DNA of 64,000 nt from a virus (taxonomy: Duplodnaviria; Caudoviricetes), in IMG/VR virus record IMGVR_UViG_3300013121_000024, positions 32,001 through 96,000 of that record, one strand, 5' to 3'. The notes beneath the pieces are model-generated. The model saw only the letters and a list, made by a program, of their open reading frames with translations, made no database searches and was not told the origin of the DNA. Both the position numbers and the translations under genes were made by a program. Positions 50,741-60,252 of this stretch are shown one piece after another (position 1 is the stretch's first letter; every line of letters starts with the position of its first letter).

Positions 50741-53368
50741 TTATACCTCACAATTTCCACTACCACATGCCAGAATTTGGGTGCCTTCGGTTTCGTCTAC
50801 AGTTTCTTGCAAGGAATCCCAATCAATATGAGTAGGCATCTTTTCCAACATCTCCTCATATTTTTCCTTAGTTACGGTCTCATAAGGAGCCTGTCTATAT
50901 GAGCCGCCATCATAAGGAAGGAAGGAGATACCGCTAATGGAATCAAAATTTCTCCATACCCAGGCACCAACATCGAACCATTCATCTTCTCTAATGTTTA
51001 CTGTAACACTCGGTTTATGTTCACACCAGTATTTCTGGTATACCAACCAAAGTTTTAGGTGATCGATAGCGGATATTGACTCTCGTGTTATCGCACCATC
51101 AGGGGCCTTCTTAGGAAATGAGAATACCGTTGTGAAATCAGGGTTAGTCACATCTGGTTCAAATGGAATTCCAGCCTCTTTAAGGAACTGTGTAAGTGGA
51201 TCCTTATTGTCACTTCTTACCCTTCGTATATAATAGTTGTCATGTCTAGGATGGATACCAGAGGCACTATCAACTAATTGTGACACGGTACCAGAGGGTT
51301 TTACAGCCGTAACAGCGACCGATGGCTCTATACCAATATCCTTGGCCAACTGATTATTGGTATCAATGGCAATTTGTTTTAACTCGGCCAAGAATGGTCC
51401 TAAGTTATTATCCTTATAGTTGTTAAGGATATGATGGTCGTAAATACCGGTGAGTGATACGCCTAACAATCTTTCTTCTTCCACATTTTTCTTCCAGATT
51501 TTTCTCAAATAGGGGAAATGTGTGAATGTGGATTGCAATGTACCTAGAACCGTGGCCAGACGGACCTTCCTCTTAAGGTCGTCTCCTGTATCTCTGGCTC
51601 GAACCACCACCTCAGATAAGTTACACATTTGATTGGGCCGGAGAATAATTTCGGAGCAGTTTCCGGTTTGACAATGGTCCAATTCAAAACTATGATCCTC
51701 GTGATTTACTGTAATATCCCACACCGGTTCGGTTCTATTTGTTTCCAATATGTCCTTAATCTTCCAGTGGGAAGATTGTATGTTTGTATGTTTGTGTGTA
51801 AGATTTTTATTTATATTTAACCTGGTTTGTTTATCGTTTCTCGATAATTTGAAAATATTTGAAAAGTGTTTTTTAGATTCAATATCTTTGACATGAATGG
51901 AATAGGACTGCCTAACATTTTTCACGGTTTTGCCTTTAATGATAATATCGGCCTCTGATATTTTTCTAATTTTTTTACTTACCTTTATGCCATAACAACC
52001 AAGTAAAGAGGCCAAATCATCGACCAATTTTTCATGTACCGACACAAAATCTATTCCTCCTCCGGTATTTACATGTCCATCTGAGGATATCAATCCGTCC
52101 ACTAGACCCTTTCTAAATTCTTCACTGGCTTCTTTCCATACAGAAAGAGGAAGTCCATTTGATTTATGTGATACTCCGTGTTCTTCAAACAGTTTATTAA
52201 GTGTCTCTCCGCTTAAGTTTACTTCGGGTGCACCATTTGTTTTTGCATTTATCCATCCATCACAAAGATTCCATCCAATCATGAACCCATCATCGTATGA
52301 ACCTAATGTACCGAATGGTAACACATCCTTCTTATGGTTTGAAGGAATATAATCACCCGGCTTCAATTCCGTGGTCTGTAACCTTAATTCTTTTCCTGAA
52401 CGTACAACAGGCCATTTGTGTTGGGCCGTGGCAAAATATGAAATGTTTCCCGGTAAAACTATTTCATAAAGTTTAGCCGAAGGTGACGAAAGAAAACACT
52501 TAGCCGGAGCCACAGATTTATCCAGAGTATTCACGAAAAAATCACGGCCTTCTAATTCCTCTATACTAAAAATTCCTTCTGTGGTAAATACTTTTGTTCC
52601 TTTCGCCAAAGACGGGTTGGTACCCCATTCATGGTCTGGATTACGGCGGCCATTGGCTTTAATTATATTCTTACTGGCCGCCCTGTTGAAAATACCACGT
52701 TCTCCGGATTTGGACTCATATAGCGCAAGCCATTCTTGCAAGAAAATGCCTATATCCGGTCTTTCTGTGTATACGGCACTGTTATTAGATAGGGCCCTCT
52801 GCACATTAGCTTCCCACCAGGCACCACTTTTAGCATGTCTCATCCTGTCATCAGAAAGGTTGGAGAGGGATATCATCGCCGACCGCCGGACGCCTCCTAC
52901 CACTACCACCTCACCTATCTTACACATAATATCATGGCATTCCAAGGAAGTTAATTTCCTTCCTTTGGCGTTACGGAACACATTACAGACAAATCTGAAT
53001 AAATCTTCCAATGGTCCAGGACCGGAGGCTCGACCTCCAAAAGTCTTAAGTGGAGATCCAGCCGGCCTTACCTGTGATGTATCCCATTTTGGAATCTCCC
53101 CTGAATACAATAGTGCTATAAGTTGCCGCAGGGCCTTGGCCCATCCTTCCTTGGAATCCTTGACAACAATGGTGGTATCGGAATCAAACATCTTTTCTGG
53201 AACTTCTGGTAATTGATTTACATATTGACGTTCCACAGAAAATCCAACACCTGATCCACAATTATGTACTACTGAGCCATTTTCAAGAACAAAATTATGA
53301 TTATCAGGAATAGTAATATCCCAATAATTTCTATCATCACTGATAATCTCTTTTCTAACTATTTTCAT
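50741..53368 (-). CDS. nrdJ: Class II ribonucleotide reductase, C-terminal fragment with split-intein C part and a cis intein
   Basis: GSGVGFS, GGVRRSA, GTNP/CSEI, CNLSE, VKPSGTVSQL, YIRRVR, C-terminal CGSGNC. Confidence 0.93.
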   Translation of the reverse strand: MKIVRKEIISDDRNYWDITIPDNHNFVLENGSVVHNCGSGVGFSVERQYVNQLPEVPEKMFDSDTTIVVKDSKEGWAKALRQLIALLYSGEIPKWDTSQVRPAGSPLKTFGGRASGPGPLEDLFRFVCNVFRNAKGRKLTSLECHDIMCKIGEVVVVGGVRRSAMISLSNLSDDRMRHAKSGAWWEANVQRALSNNSAVYTERPDIGIFLQEWLALYESKSGERGIFNRAASKNIIKANGRRNPDHEWGTNPSLAKGTKVFTTEGIFSIEELEGRDFFVNTLDKSVAPAKCFLSSPSAKLYEIVLPGNISYFATAQHKWPVVRSGKELRLQTTELKPGDYIPSNHKKDVLPFGTLGSYDDGFMIGWNLCDGWINAKTNGAPEVNLSGETLNKLFEEHGVSHKSNGLPLSVWKEASEEFRKGLVDGLISSDGHVNTGGGIDFVSVHEKLVDDLASLLGCYGIKVSKKIRKISEADIIIKGKTVKNVRQSYSIHVKDIESKKHFSNIFKLSRNDKQTRLNINKNLTHKHTNIQSSHWKIKDILETNRTEPVWDITVNHEDHSFELDHCQTGNCSEIILRPNQMCNLSEVVVRARDTGDDLKRKVRLATVLGTLQSTFTHFPYLRKIWKKNVEEERLLGVSLTGIYDHHILNNYKDNNLGPFLAELKQIAIDTNNQLAKDIGIEPSVAVTAVKPSGTVSQLVDSASGIHPRHDNYYIRRVRSDNKDPLTQFLKEAGIPFEPDVTNPDFTTVFSFPKKAPDGAITRESISAIDHLKLWLVYQKYWCEHKPSVTVNIREDEWFDVGAWVWRNFDSISGISFLPYDGGSYRQAPYETVTKEKYEEMLEKMPTHIDWDSLQETVDETEGTQILACGSGNCEV
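51659..52612 (-). mobile_element. 318-aa cis intein with LAGLIDADG endonuclease at GTNP|CSE
   Basis: Starts SLAKGTKV, block B ATAQHKW, FMIGWNLCDG and LVDGLISSDG motifs, VWDITV...TGN|C. Confidence 0.9.
53261..53368 (-). mobile_element. Split intein C-fragment (36 aa)
   Basis: MKIV...YWDIT...HNFVL.NG.VVHN|CGSGVGF. Confidence 0.92.
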
Positions 53369-53993
53369 TTTTACGTTTCCTAATACTTTCTTTTATTTTA
53401 TTGATTGACTCTTGACTATGTTTTTTGCCATAAAATGGATTTAGTGCGCCAGACATTATACCTTTTGATCGACCTTTGGTCCACCCTGCTGGTTCAGTTC
53501 CTGGTATAAATCTTTTATCAATCTCACCATTATTATACCAAACTAATCCTTTTCCTGGTGATGGAACATTACATTTAAGACGACCTTTGGTCCACCCTGC
53601 TGGTTCAGTTCCTGGTATAAATCTTTTATCTCTTATTCCATTGTTAAAATATTTTTGTCCTTTTTGAGTAAATGTATCAGAATACTGAGGAATACCATTA
53701 ATATACTTTAATTGATTTGGCAATGCATTAACAGAATTATAATATCCATAACTATGAACAGCATTATGTTCATTGATTATTTCAAATTCTTTTAAATGTA
53801 AATTCTCTACAGAAACAGTTTCGAACCATAATATTTGACGTTCGAAATTTTCAAGACCATATTTTTTTATAGCATTTTTAAAATATTTGCCAGAACCAAT
53901 ATAACCGTCGTCAACTTTACCTACATGACTGCCAATATATTTTTTTCCATTTATTAAATTTTTCCAAAGATAAATAAATCCAATATAAACCAT
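53355..53993 (-). mobile_element. Free-standing GIY-YIG homing endonuclease with NUMOD3-like tail
   Basis: GFIYLWKN..NGKKYIG...Y.GSG...KYG.ENF; NPFYGKKHS; 50-bp internal repeat at 53470-53519 and 53581-53630. Confidence 0.9.
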
Positions 53994-54038
53994 ATAAATA
54001 CTCCTGTTCCGTAAACATGTGGCACAGGAGTATTTATA
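53993..54038 (-). promoter_or_regulatory. Late promoter plus RBS-sequestering hairpin for the GIY-YIG gene
   Basis: TATAAATA-CTCCTG...CAGGAG-TATTTAT-ATG. Confidence 0.8.
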
Positions 54039-54040
54039 AT

Positions 54041-54673
54041 TTATCTCATTTCATGATAATTTTGTATGTTATCGTCTTCGGTTAAATCTTTCGCCTCAAC
54101 CCATCCACGATTAGTAGTAAAAAACTTATGATCTGAAGTACATTTAATAATAGACCCATCTTCAAATTCTAACTCAATTTTTTCTTTATTTGATGAAGGT
54201 GTTTCAACAATTCTACTTGGTTTGATATATTCATAAAGATTTTTTTCAATGTTAAATGACAATACTTCATCATTGAAAGTAAGTTCTGATATAGGTTTCA
54301 AACCTTGCTTAGTTTCCACCAAAGTTTCTGGTGCAAAACACATTAAAAGATGCATGGCCTCATCAAAGGCTTTCGGATCATCCACCACGGTGAAAGTGCA
54401 GTTGTACAAGGCGCTATTGTCTCGGACGGCAGCTTTACCGGAGACCATCATAGCACGCATGGAAGGCATTATCTCTAAGTTTAAAATTGCATCCTGCAAT
54501 TCACTCATTAGTGAGTCGGGTATTGTATACCCATGTTTTTCTTTTACGGATTCAGATACAAAATTCAAGTATCTATTAACTGTTTCTGGCCAGTGTTCAC
54601 GCCGTTTCTTATCCGGAAGAAATCTTGCATATTTGGATTTATGTATATACTGTTGATAGGAATCCATTGTCAT
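54041..54673 (-). CDS. nrdJ: Class II ribonucleotide reductase, N-terminal fragment (111 aa) plus split intein N part (99 aa, 54340-54044)
   Basis: YQQYIHKSKYAR, ETV.RY, MPSMRA, YNC; then CFAPETLV...CTSDHKFFT..RGWVEAKDL. Confidence 0.93.
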   Translation of the reverse strand: MTMDSYQQYIHKSKYARFLPDKKRREHWPETVNRYLNFVSESVKEKHGYTIPDSLMSELQDAILNLEIMPSMRAMMVSGKAAVRDNSALYNCTFTVVDDPKAFDEAMHLLMCFAPETLVETKQGLKPISELTFNDEVLSFNIEKNLYEYIKPSRIVETPSSNKEKIELEFEDGSIIKCTSDHKFFTTNRGWVEAKDLTEDDNIQNYHEMR

Positions 54674-54682
54674 CCGTGTCGT

Positions 54683-55273
54683 TTACTCCAATTCATCTTT
54701 ACTATTCCAAAATTCTCGGTTTTTGAGGTGGTCGAGTATGGTGGTCAACCCTGTGAACGGCCCTATTTCATTATAATGTATATAATGTTGATTAAGCATA
54801 TCACGGATCTTATTATCAATCTCTTTAGCTTCACCCTCCGACTCATTCCTGCCTAATTTATCGTATTGTACATTCCTTGTCAATAGGTAAGATAGGTTCT
54901 CAAATTGACACCATGTGGCAAAGAAAAAGTCTTTCATTTTCTCCAGATAATCGGTATTGTGTTTTATTTTTACACCAGGCCTCGATTGGTGCCAGTCAAC
55001 ATAAACCGTAGACAACATCAAAGGAGAGTCGGTTATTATATAGTCAACCTGTCCTAGTAATCGGTGTTGTCTACGGCATTGTTCCGCAAAAATGTGTAAT
55101 TGATTTTCCAGTAATACGTGACTGCCCTCATAGGTAACATCCTTTGCATATTCTGTAACTAATTCCACGGACTTTCCCCAGAGCTTAAGGTTATATAGTA
55201 ATCCTGAAGCAATGGTACTTTTGCCTATTCCAGGCCCTCCAAATAAATTAATCACTGTAGTCATATTACACAT
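54683..55273 (-). CDS. NadR/AAA_28-like P-loop kinase
   Basis: INLFGGPGIGKST, ELVTEYAKD, ITDSPL, GRNE. Confidence 0.75.
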   Translation of the reverse strand: MCNMTTVINLFGGPGIGKSTIASGLLYNLKLWGKSVELVTEYAKDVTYEGSHVLLENQLHIFAEQCRRQHRLLGQVDYIITDSPLMLSTVYVDWHQSRPGVKIKHNTDYLEKMKDFFFATWCQFENLSYLLTRNVQYDKLGRNESEGEAKEIDNKIRDMLNQHYIHYNEIGPFTGLTTILDHLKNREFWNSKDELE

Positions 55274-55315
55274 CCTTTATTATTATGGTATATCAGGTAT
55301 ATCAGTGGTCTATTA

Positions 55316-55882
55316 TTATCTCATCCTAACTCTTATGGGAATTTTACGTTTGTACGAATCCTCGAACTCCTTTTCACTGGAAATTCTGACAGGAGGTGAT
55401 TCATCGGAGTGTGTCTCAATAACCAGTTCCGGATCAGCCAGCATTTTCTTCCATACTTTCTTCATTCCAGGTGAATGATTATGTCCAACAATATTGAGGC
55501 CAGGAATACTTTTGATAATATGTTTATATGCAACGTGAGCGTGCAATCGATCCGGATTTTTCACATCAGTGGCAGTTTGTCTTTCATGGAATACATTACC
55601 TTCCCTTTCTCCATAAACGATAAAGCTCCTTTTTCCCTTCTTCTCACCCGAAAAGTACGATTGATTGAGTCGAATATTTTTGCCGGTCTTCAGATCTATA
55701 GTATGGTGAAAAATAGAATGTCCGTCCACGGTTCCGAGTGGATTTTTCTTGTACTTCCAGTATTTTTTGTTGGAAGTTTCGTCATTCTTTAGTAACTCTC
55801 CGATATCATGAAACGCTTCATCCGATGGCGGTATATCATTGGTACCGGGCGATTCCTTAAGAAATTGCTTGAATGTCTTCAT
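55316..55882 (-). CDS. Putative internal head protein
   Basis: MKTFKQFLKE capsid-targeting-like leader. Confidence 0.55.
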   Translation of the reverse strand: MKTFKQFLKESPGTNDIPPSDEAFHDIGELLKNDETSNKKYWKYKKNPLGTVDGHSIFHHTIDLKTGKNIRLNQSYFSGEKKGKRSFIVYGEREGNVFHERQTATDVKNPDRLHAHVAYKHIIKSIPGLNIVGHNHSPGMKKVWKKMLADPELVIETHSDESPPVRISSEKEFEDSYKRKIPIRVRMR

Positions 55883-56931
55883 GTGGACGGTCTCCTTCGT
55901 GTATGTGAACTCACCAGCTTTCCATCCCTGATATACTTTCTCACCTTCACCGGTTTCGTTATAGCTGGTACCGCATTTCCCAATTTGAATTGTCTCAACC
56001 TACGCAAGAACTTTTTTTGATTCTTGTGTGTAAGGTACTTACCAAACTGATTTACCTGCATCCAACGGTTTCTATTCGAAGAGGAATCATTGTGAAACAT
56101 ATGAATGGACAACTTGCGTAAGTCTGAGATGGATTTGATTTGTCCTAACATACCAATACTGTCAACCATCCGAAGTATCTCATTCGAGTGTGAATTGACC
56201 TCGGTCGGTAAGTTAAAATAATTCTTGCTTTTATTCTTGTTTAATTCATCTGATTTAAGAATAGCCTGTCGTTCCTTATCATACTGTTTGATAAGTGCTT
56301 TTTTACCGGCTTTTTCCAAGAATTTCTTTTTGTCCATAAAGTGGTTGAACTCATGTATAAAAGCCTGCTTTATTGTTGACGTCTTAAGGTTTCCGATGTC
56401 AAGTTCACTGAACATTACATCACGGATATCAATATTTACAGGATAATCTTTGCCAATCATGGCCAGTATTTTCGATGCTCTGACTTGCGCGCCATATTTT
56501 TTGTCAATGAACCGTCGTCTCTCATCGGCATCTTTATCATTTGTGGATAATCCAAGTATGATATAGTGCCTGGATTCTAATTTATTTTCTGGATTATAAT
56601 ATGAATTATAACTGCTTATCCATATTGGACCAAAGGAAATGAACAATTTTAAACTGTCTTTATACCCTGTTATATTGAGTAGGTTTTTATACTTGGTACC
56701 GGCCAGTATTTTATCCAGGGGAACCATATAACCATATGGAACCCTATAAGAGTCGTCTCCTATTATATTCCACTCGGGTGCATCATCAGGAACTTTCCCC
56801 AATTTCCCCGATTCAATGTCTTTTATAGCCTTTATGGACTGTTTATATTTCATCTCCAACCAATCAACGACCATATCCCAAATAATGCCTGATTCCTCGT
56901 GTGATTGCCATTTTTCTGTTAGGTAATTCAT
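55879..56931 (-). CDS. Hypothetical protein with HExxH motif, possible virion protein
   Basis: AFIHEFNHFMD...YFNLPTEVNSH. Confidence 0.5.
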   Translation of the reverse strand: MNYLTEKWQSHEESGIIWDMVVDWLEMKYKQSIKAIKDIESGKLGKVPDDAPEWNIIGDDSYRVPYGYMVPLDKILAGTKYKNLLNITGYKDSLKLFISFGPIWISSYNSYYNPENKLESRHYIILGLSTNDKDADERRRFIDKKYGAQVRASKILAMIGKDYPVNIDIRDVMFSELDIGNLKTSTIKQAFIHEFNHFMDKKKFLEKAGKKALIKQYDKERQAILKSDELNKNKSKNYFNLPTEVNSHSNEILRMVDSIGMLGQIKSISDLRKLSIHMFHNDSSSNRNRWMQVNQFGKYLTHKNQKKFLRRLRQFKLGNAVPAITKPVKVRKYIRDGKLVSSHTRRRPST

Positions 56932-57263
56932 TTATTTTTTAATATCATCTTTTTCTTTCTGTGCCAGTGTGTCTGGTGAAACAGATGGCTTTTCCTTGGG
57001 TTTTGTCTTGCTGATAGGATCCAATTCGGCTCTTACTTGAACACACATTTCCTCCAAGTCTATACCGTCTTCAAAGGTGATATAGGCACGCAATTGATTG
57101 GCCGGTTTATCGATAAGTATTTTTACTCTTGGTTTGTGTGGCTCATACTTTGGACTGTGTTTTATCACGTCGTTGAATATTTTTCCAAATACGTCGGGGA
57201 AATTCAATACTACTCTAGTCATATCTAGTTTTTCTCCTTTTCTGTGTAATCGTGTCCTACTAT

Positions 57264-58364
57264 TTAGACCTTAGACCAACTTGACAGTCTCAACTCACCG
57301 GATAATCCAGAATATGTATTTTCAACCAATATATTTTGTAACATAGGCACCAATCTGTCAAGTGGAATGTCCTTGTTTCGCATAACAAAAGCGTTTACAT
57401 CCTTCTCGGTAATATCATCCGGCCATATGGAAACCTTAAATCCTTGTCTCAGTGCCTTTTGTATTTTCTGCACTGTCTCTTTTTTTCTTGGTTCATTATC
57501 CATGAAAATAACCGTATTTTCTTTTTTACCCCCAAGCCGATGTAATTCTGATACTATATCACCACCGGCCGAGGCCATACTGTTTGGAATAAACATGCTA
57601 TCTATAGGACCTTCCAGTACATAATGTATACGATTTAAATCAACAGAATCCATTCCAAAAAGTCTCGGAACACTAGTATCCAATAGTATTGTTATATACC
57701 TTATATTTGAATTGGAGATATTTCCTGTAGTATCTATTATTCTACCTTGATAACCGAATACCTCACCACTTTTCGTAAAGAATGGTATCACCAAACGAGA
57801 CTCGTCCACACCACATGTATTGAATTTTCCAGGTATTATAGAATTGGTCCATTCCATGAAATTAGGAACAAAATATAGTTTATGATGATATGTGGTAGGT
57901 ATCCTCCTGTAATCCACATATTTCTTTGCTGGATGCATATGTTGTAGTTGTGATACTTTTTTTAATCCAGAAAAAATCTTGTTGACTGGATATATTTGTT
58001 TGGATATAGGTGCTGACTCTTCCAATTCCTTTCGTTCTTCACGTGTACATGTTTCTACATATTTTTCTTTAAGGAACTCAGAATAAAGATTGGGATCTTG
58101 TTCTTTGAGAAATTTAAGGAAAGGAGGAGTTATTCCACAATTATGACAATGGTAGATAAATTTACCACCTTTCTCATATACATATCCCCTTGCCTTTCGT
58201 GGATTTTTTTCGGAGTCTCCACAAACAGGACAGGAAAAATTGTATAGTTTGTATGATTTTTTTCGGTAATTCTTATATTTGCTACAAAGGAGTGGAATGT
58301 ATTTTTTTTCTAACCATGCTGTATCATTGAATGTCACAATATATCCTCCAATATCCTCCACCAA
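57264..58364 (-). CDS. gp61: T4-like DNA primase
   Basis: CPVCGDS....KARG...CHNCG, RLVIPF, YQGR, LEGPIDSMF, DNEPR, KDVN. Confidence 0.95.
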   Translation of the reverse strand: MVEDIGGYIVTFNDTAWLEKKYIPLLCSKYKNYRKKSYKLYNFSCPVCGDSEKNPRKARGYVYEKGGKFIYHCHNCGITPPFLKFLKEQDPNLYSEFLKEKYVETCTREERKELEESAPISKQIYPVNKIFSGLKKVSQLQHMHPAKKYVDYRRIPTTYHHKLYFVPNFMEWTNSIIPGKFNTCGVDESRLVIPFFTKSGEVFGYQGRIIDTTGNISNSNIRYITILLDTSVPRLFGMDSVDLNRIHYVLEGPIDSMFIPNSMASAGGDIVSELHRLGGKKENTVIFMDNEPRKKETVQKIQKALRQGFKVSIWPDDITEKDVNAFVMRNKDIPLDRLVPMLQNILVENTYSGLSGELRLSSWSKV

Positions 58365-58426
58365 TTACTCTAAAACGACACCGTTATTATACAGCTTTCC
58401 AAAATGTTGGCAAGGGGTAAAATTGT

Positions 58427-58945
58427 TCAATTAACGCAAAAATTGATGACAGGAAACTTATAGTTTATCCTGTTGAAATATGTCAGTGTATTGGATATAA
58501 TGTTTATTGACGCTACTGTTATTATTTTGTAACCACACCCCTTGGAAATAAAGGATGGTATATCATGAAAATGTGCATTCTTTTCTGGAAATTTGGTTTT
58601 TATGGTATCTAATTTATAACTTGACAACCTATATGATGTGCCTAGATTATCCACTATTTTGGAAGAGATTTCTGAGGAGATTTTGGCTAGGCTGGTAAGA
58701 CAAAAATGTACCACTATGTTTTCATCTGTGCCAAAGTTATATACCATACTTTCATCAAATGGAATTTTTTTTGTGGTTTTTCCATTTTTATCTGTAATTA
58801 TGATATGGTCTATCCTAACAATTAGTGGTGTGGATGTATAGGGTACCAGACAATACAACAGGTACATGCTTGACAACAGAACTATAAATGCATTTAAATA
58901 GATGAAATATCCAAACTTTTTTGAAGGTTTTCTAATTATTTCCAT
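58427..58945 (-). CDS. Membrane-anchored hypothetical protein
   Basis: N-terminal TM segment. Confidence 0.5.
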   Translation of the reverse strand: MEIIRKPSKKFGYFIYLNAFIVLLSSMYLLYCLVPYTSTPLIVRIDHIIITDKNGKTTKKIPFDESMVYNFGTDENIVVHFCLTSLAKISSEISSKIVDNLGTSYRLSSYKLDTIKTKFPEKNAHFHDIPSFISKGCGYKIITVASINIISNTLTYFNRINYKFPVINFCVN

Positions 58946-58949
58946 ACTA

Positions 58950-59339
58950 TTAATGTCCTTTTGTCACCCAAGACAAAATAAATGTTCCAAATACGGTAAG
59001 CATAAAAGTGAATACTGCATAAATGAACTTTTTGATTGGTTCAAATTCTTCTTTGGAAACTAATTTTCCTTCTCTCTCCAGTATTTCATCTCTTATCTCT
59101 CGCAATTGGACTTTTCTATCTGCGGATTCTTCTCTAACGGTTGTTTCAAGCTTATTCAATTCCACCTCAACAAATTTTGCAAGATTCACCATTCTTTCAT
59201 CTAAACGGACAAGCAATGTACAATCGTTGGCCAATTTTAGTTGAGGTTTATGTTGTTGATCGTCGTTTTCGAAAGATGTTGTTTTGTGTTCTGTAACACT
59301 ATTTATCAACATTGTCATTTTATCTGTGGTTTTTTCCAC
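58950..59339 (-). CDS. Coiled-coil protein with C-terminal TM helix (holin-like?)
   Basis: LVRLDERM...FIYAVFTFMLTVFGTFILSWV. Confidence 0.45.
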   Translation of the reverse strand: MEKTTDKMTMLINSVTEHKTTSFENDDQQHKPQLKLANDCTLLVRLDERMVNLAKFVEVELNKLETTVREESADRKVQLREIRDEILEREGKLVSKEEFEPIKKFIYAVFTFMLTVFGTFILSWVTKGH

Positions 59340-59496
59340 CGGTTTGCAAAATCCAATAATTTTCTACGAAACGTTTTATGTGTTAATAGTGGTGAAAATC
59401 CAGAAAGATGTGCACCAATATCTCCAGATGAAGTCGGTGTTCCCAGTGAATTTACGGCACCAACACTAACGGTTTCTTTGATCGTAGATTTTGTTT

Positions 59497-59925
59497 TCAT
59501 ATTTTTCGGAGCGCCTCGGTTATTTTACTATCTGAAATGATATCATCTGTATCCAATTTATATTTACCAAAATATACCACTTTAGGAAGAACACTCAGTA
59601 ACACCAAAAATGGTTTTAACTGTTCTTTGTATATGTTCAATTTTAAGAATAACATACGTCCGGCCGAATTGACACCAAAAACATTGTAGAGTATGATTAT
59701 ATGATTGAGTATTAATCGTTCCTTTAATTCACCTGTTGTCTTATATCTGGTAAATAGTTTCTTCAAGTACTTGAATCTTTTCACATCACTAAGGAATTCT
59801 TTCGTGTCACCGTGCACATTGTTGTAGGCCTTGGCCGCGAAAAAAAGGAAGTTATTATCATTCAGTGTCTCAATCTCGACTCCATTATCCAGATTTTTCA
59901 TTATATTAGAAACTCTCCAGTGCAA
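59497..59925 (-). CDS. Conserved T4-like hypothetical protein
   Basis: NFLFFAAKAY.N...EF..D.KRFKYLKKL..RY...GELKERLILNHII.LYNVFG. Confidence 0.75.
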   Translation of the reverse strand: MHWRVSNIMKNLDNGVEIETLNDNNFLFFAAKAYNNVHGDTKEFLSDVKRFKYLKKLFTRYKTTGELKERLILNHIIILYNVFGVNSAGRMLFLKLNIYKEQLKPFLVLLSVLPKVVYFGKYKLDTDDIISDSKITEALRKI

Positions 59926-60208
59926 CCCTTTTTAACAAATTTGTGTCCACTGCGATGTATAGGTAATTTCCATCGGAAAACATTTTTCCCTTAATCACGG
60001 TAGGGGTATTATTAGCCGGCTCATTTTGTATTGTTGTGGACAGTGTATTTATCACCAAATCTAGACTTGAATTGGAGAATAAATTCTCCACCGATATCTG
60101 TTGTGTGATTGAATTGCCAGAAGTATTGGTTTCCACAATAAAAACAGAATCCAGAGGCAATGAATTTGCCTCTGGAAGCTCTGTTATGTGTTTGGCTTCA
60201 TTTGCCAT
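59906..60208 (-). CDS. Small structural-type protein
   Basis: KHITELP...D.NYLYIAV....KRVAL. Confidence 0.5.
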   Translation of the reverse strand: MANEAKHITELPEANSLPLDSVFIVETNTSGNSITQQISVENLFSNSSLDLVINTLSTTIQNEPANNTPTVIKGKMFSDGNYLYIAVDTNLLKRVALESF

Positions 60209-60252
60209 ATGTCAGGTCTCCAGTATTTTTTTCATATACAAAAAAGATTATT

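Noticed and set aside
53355-54040. Group I intron interrupting nrdJ
   Set aside because: Only ~47 non-coding nt, no intron core, and split-intein halves explain the rejoining
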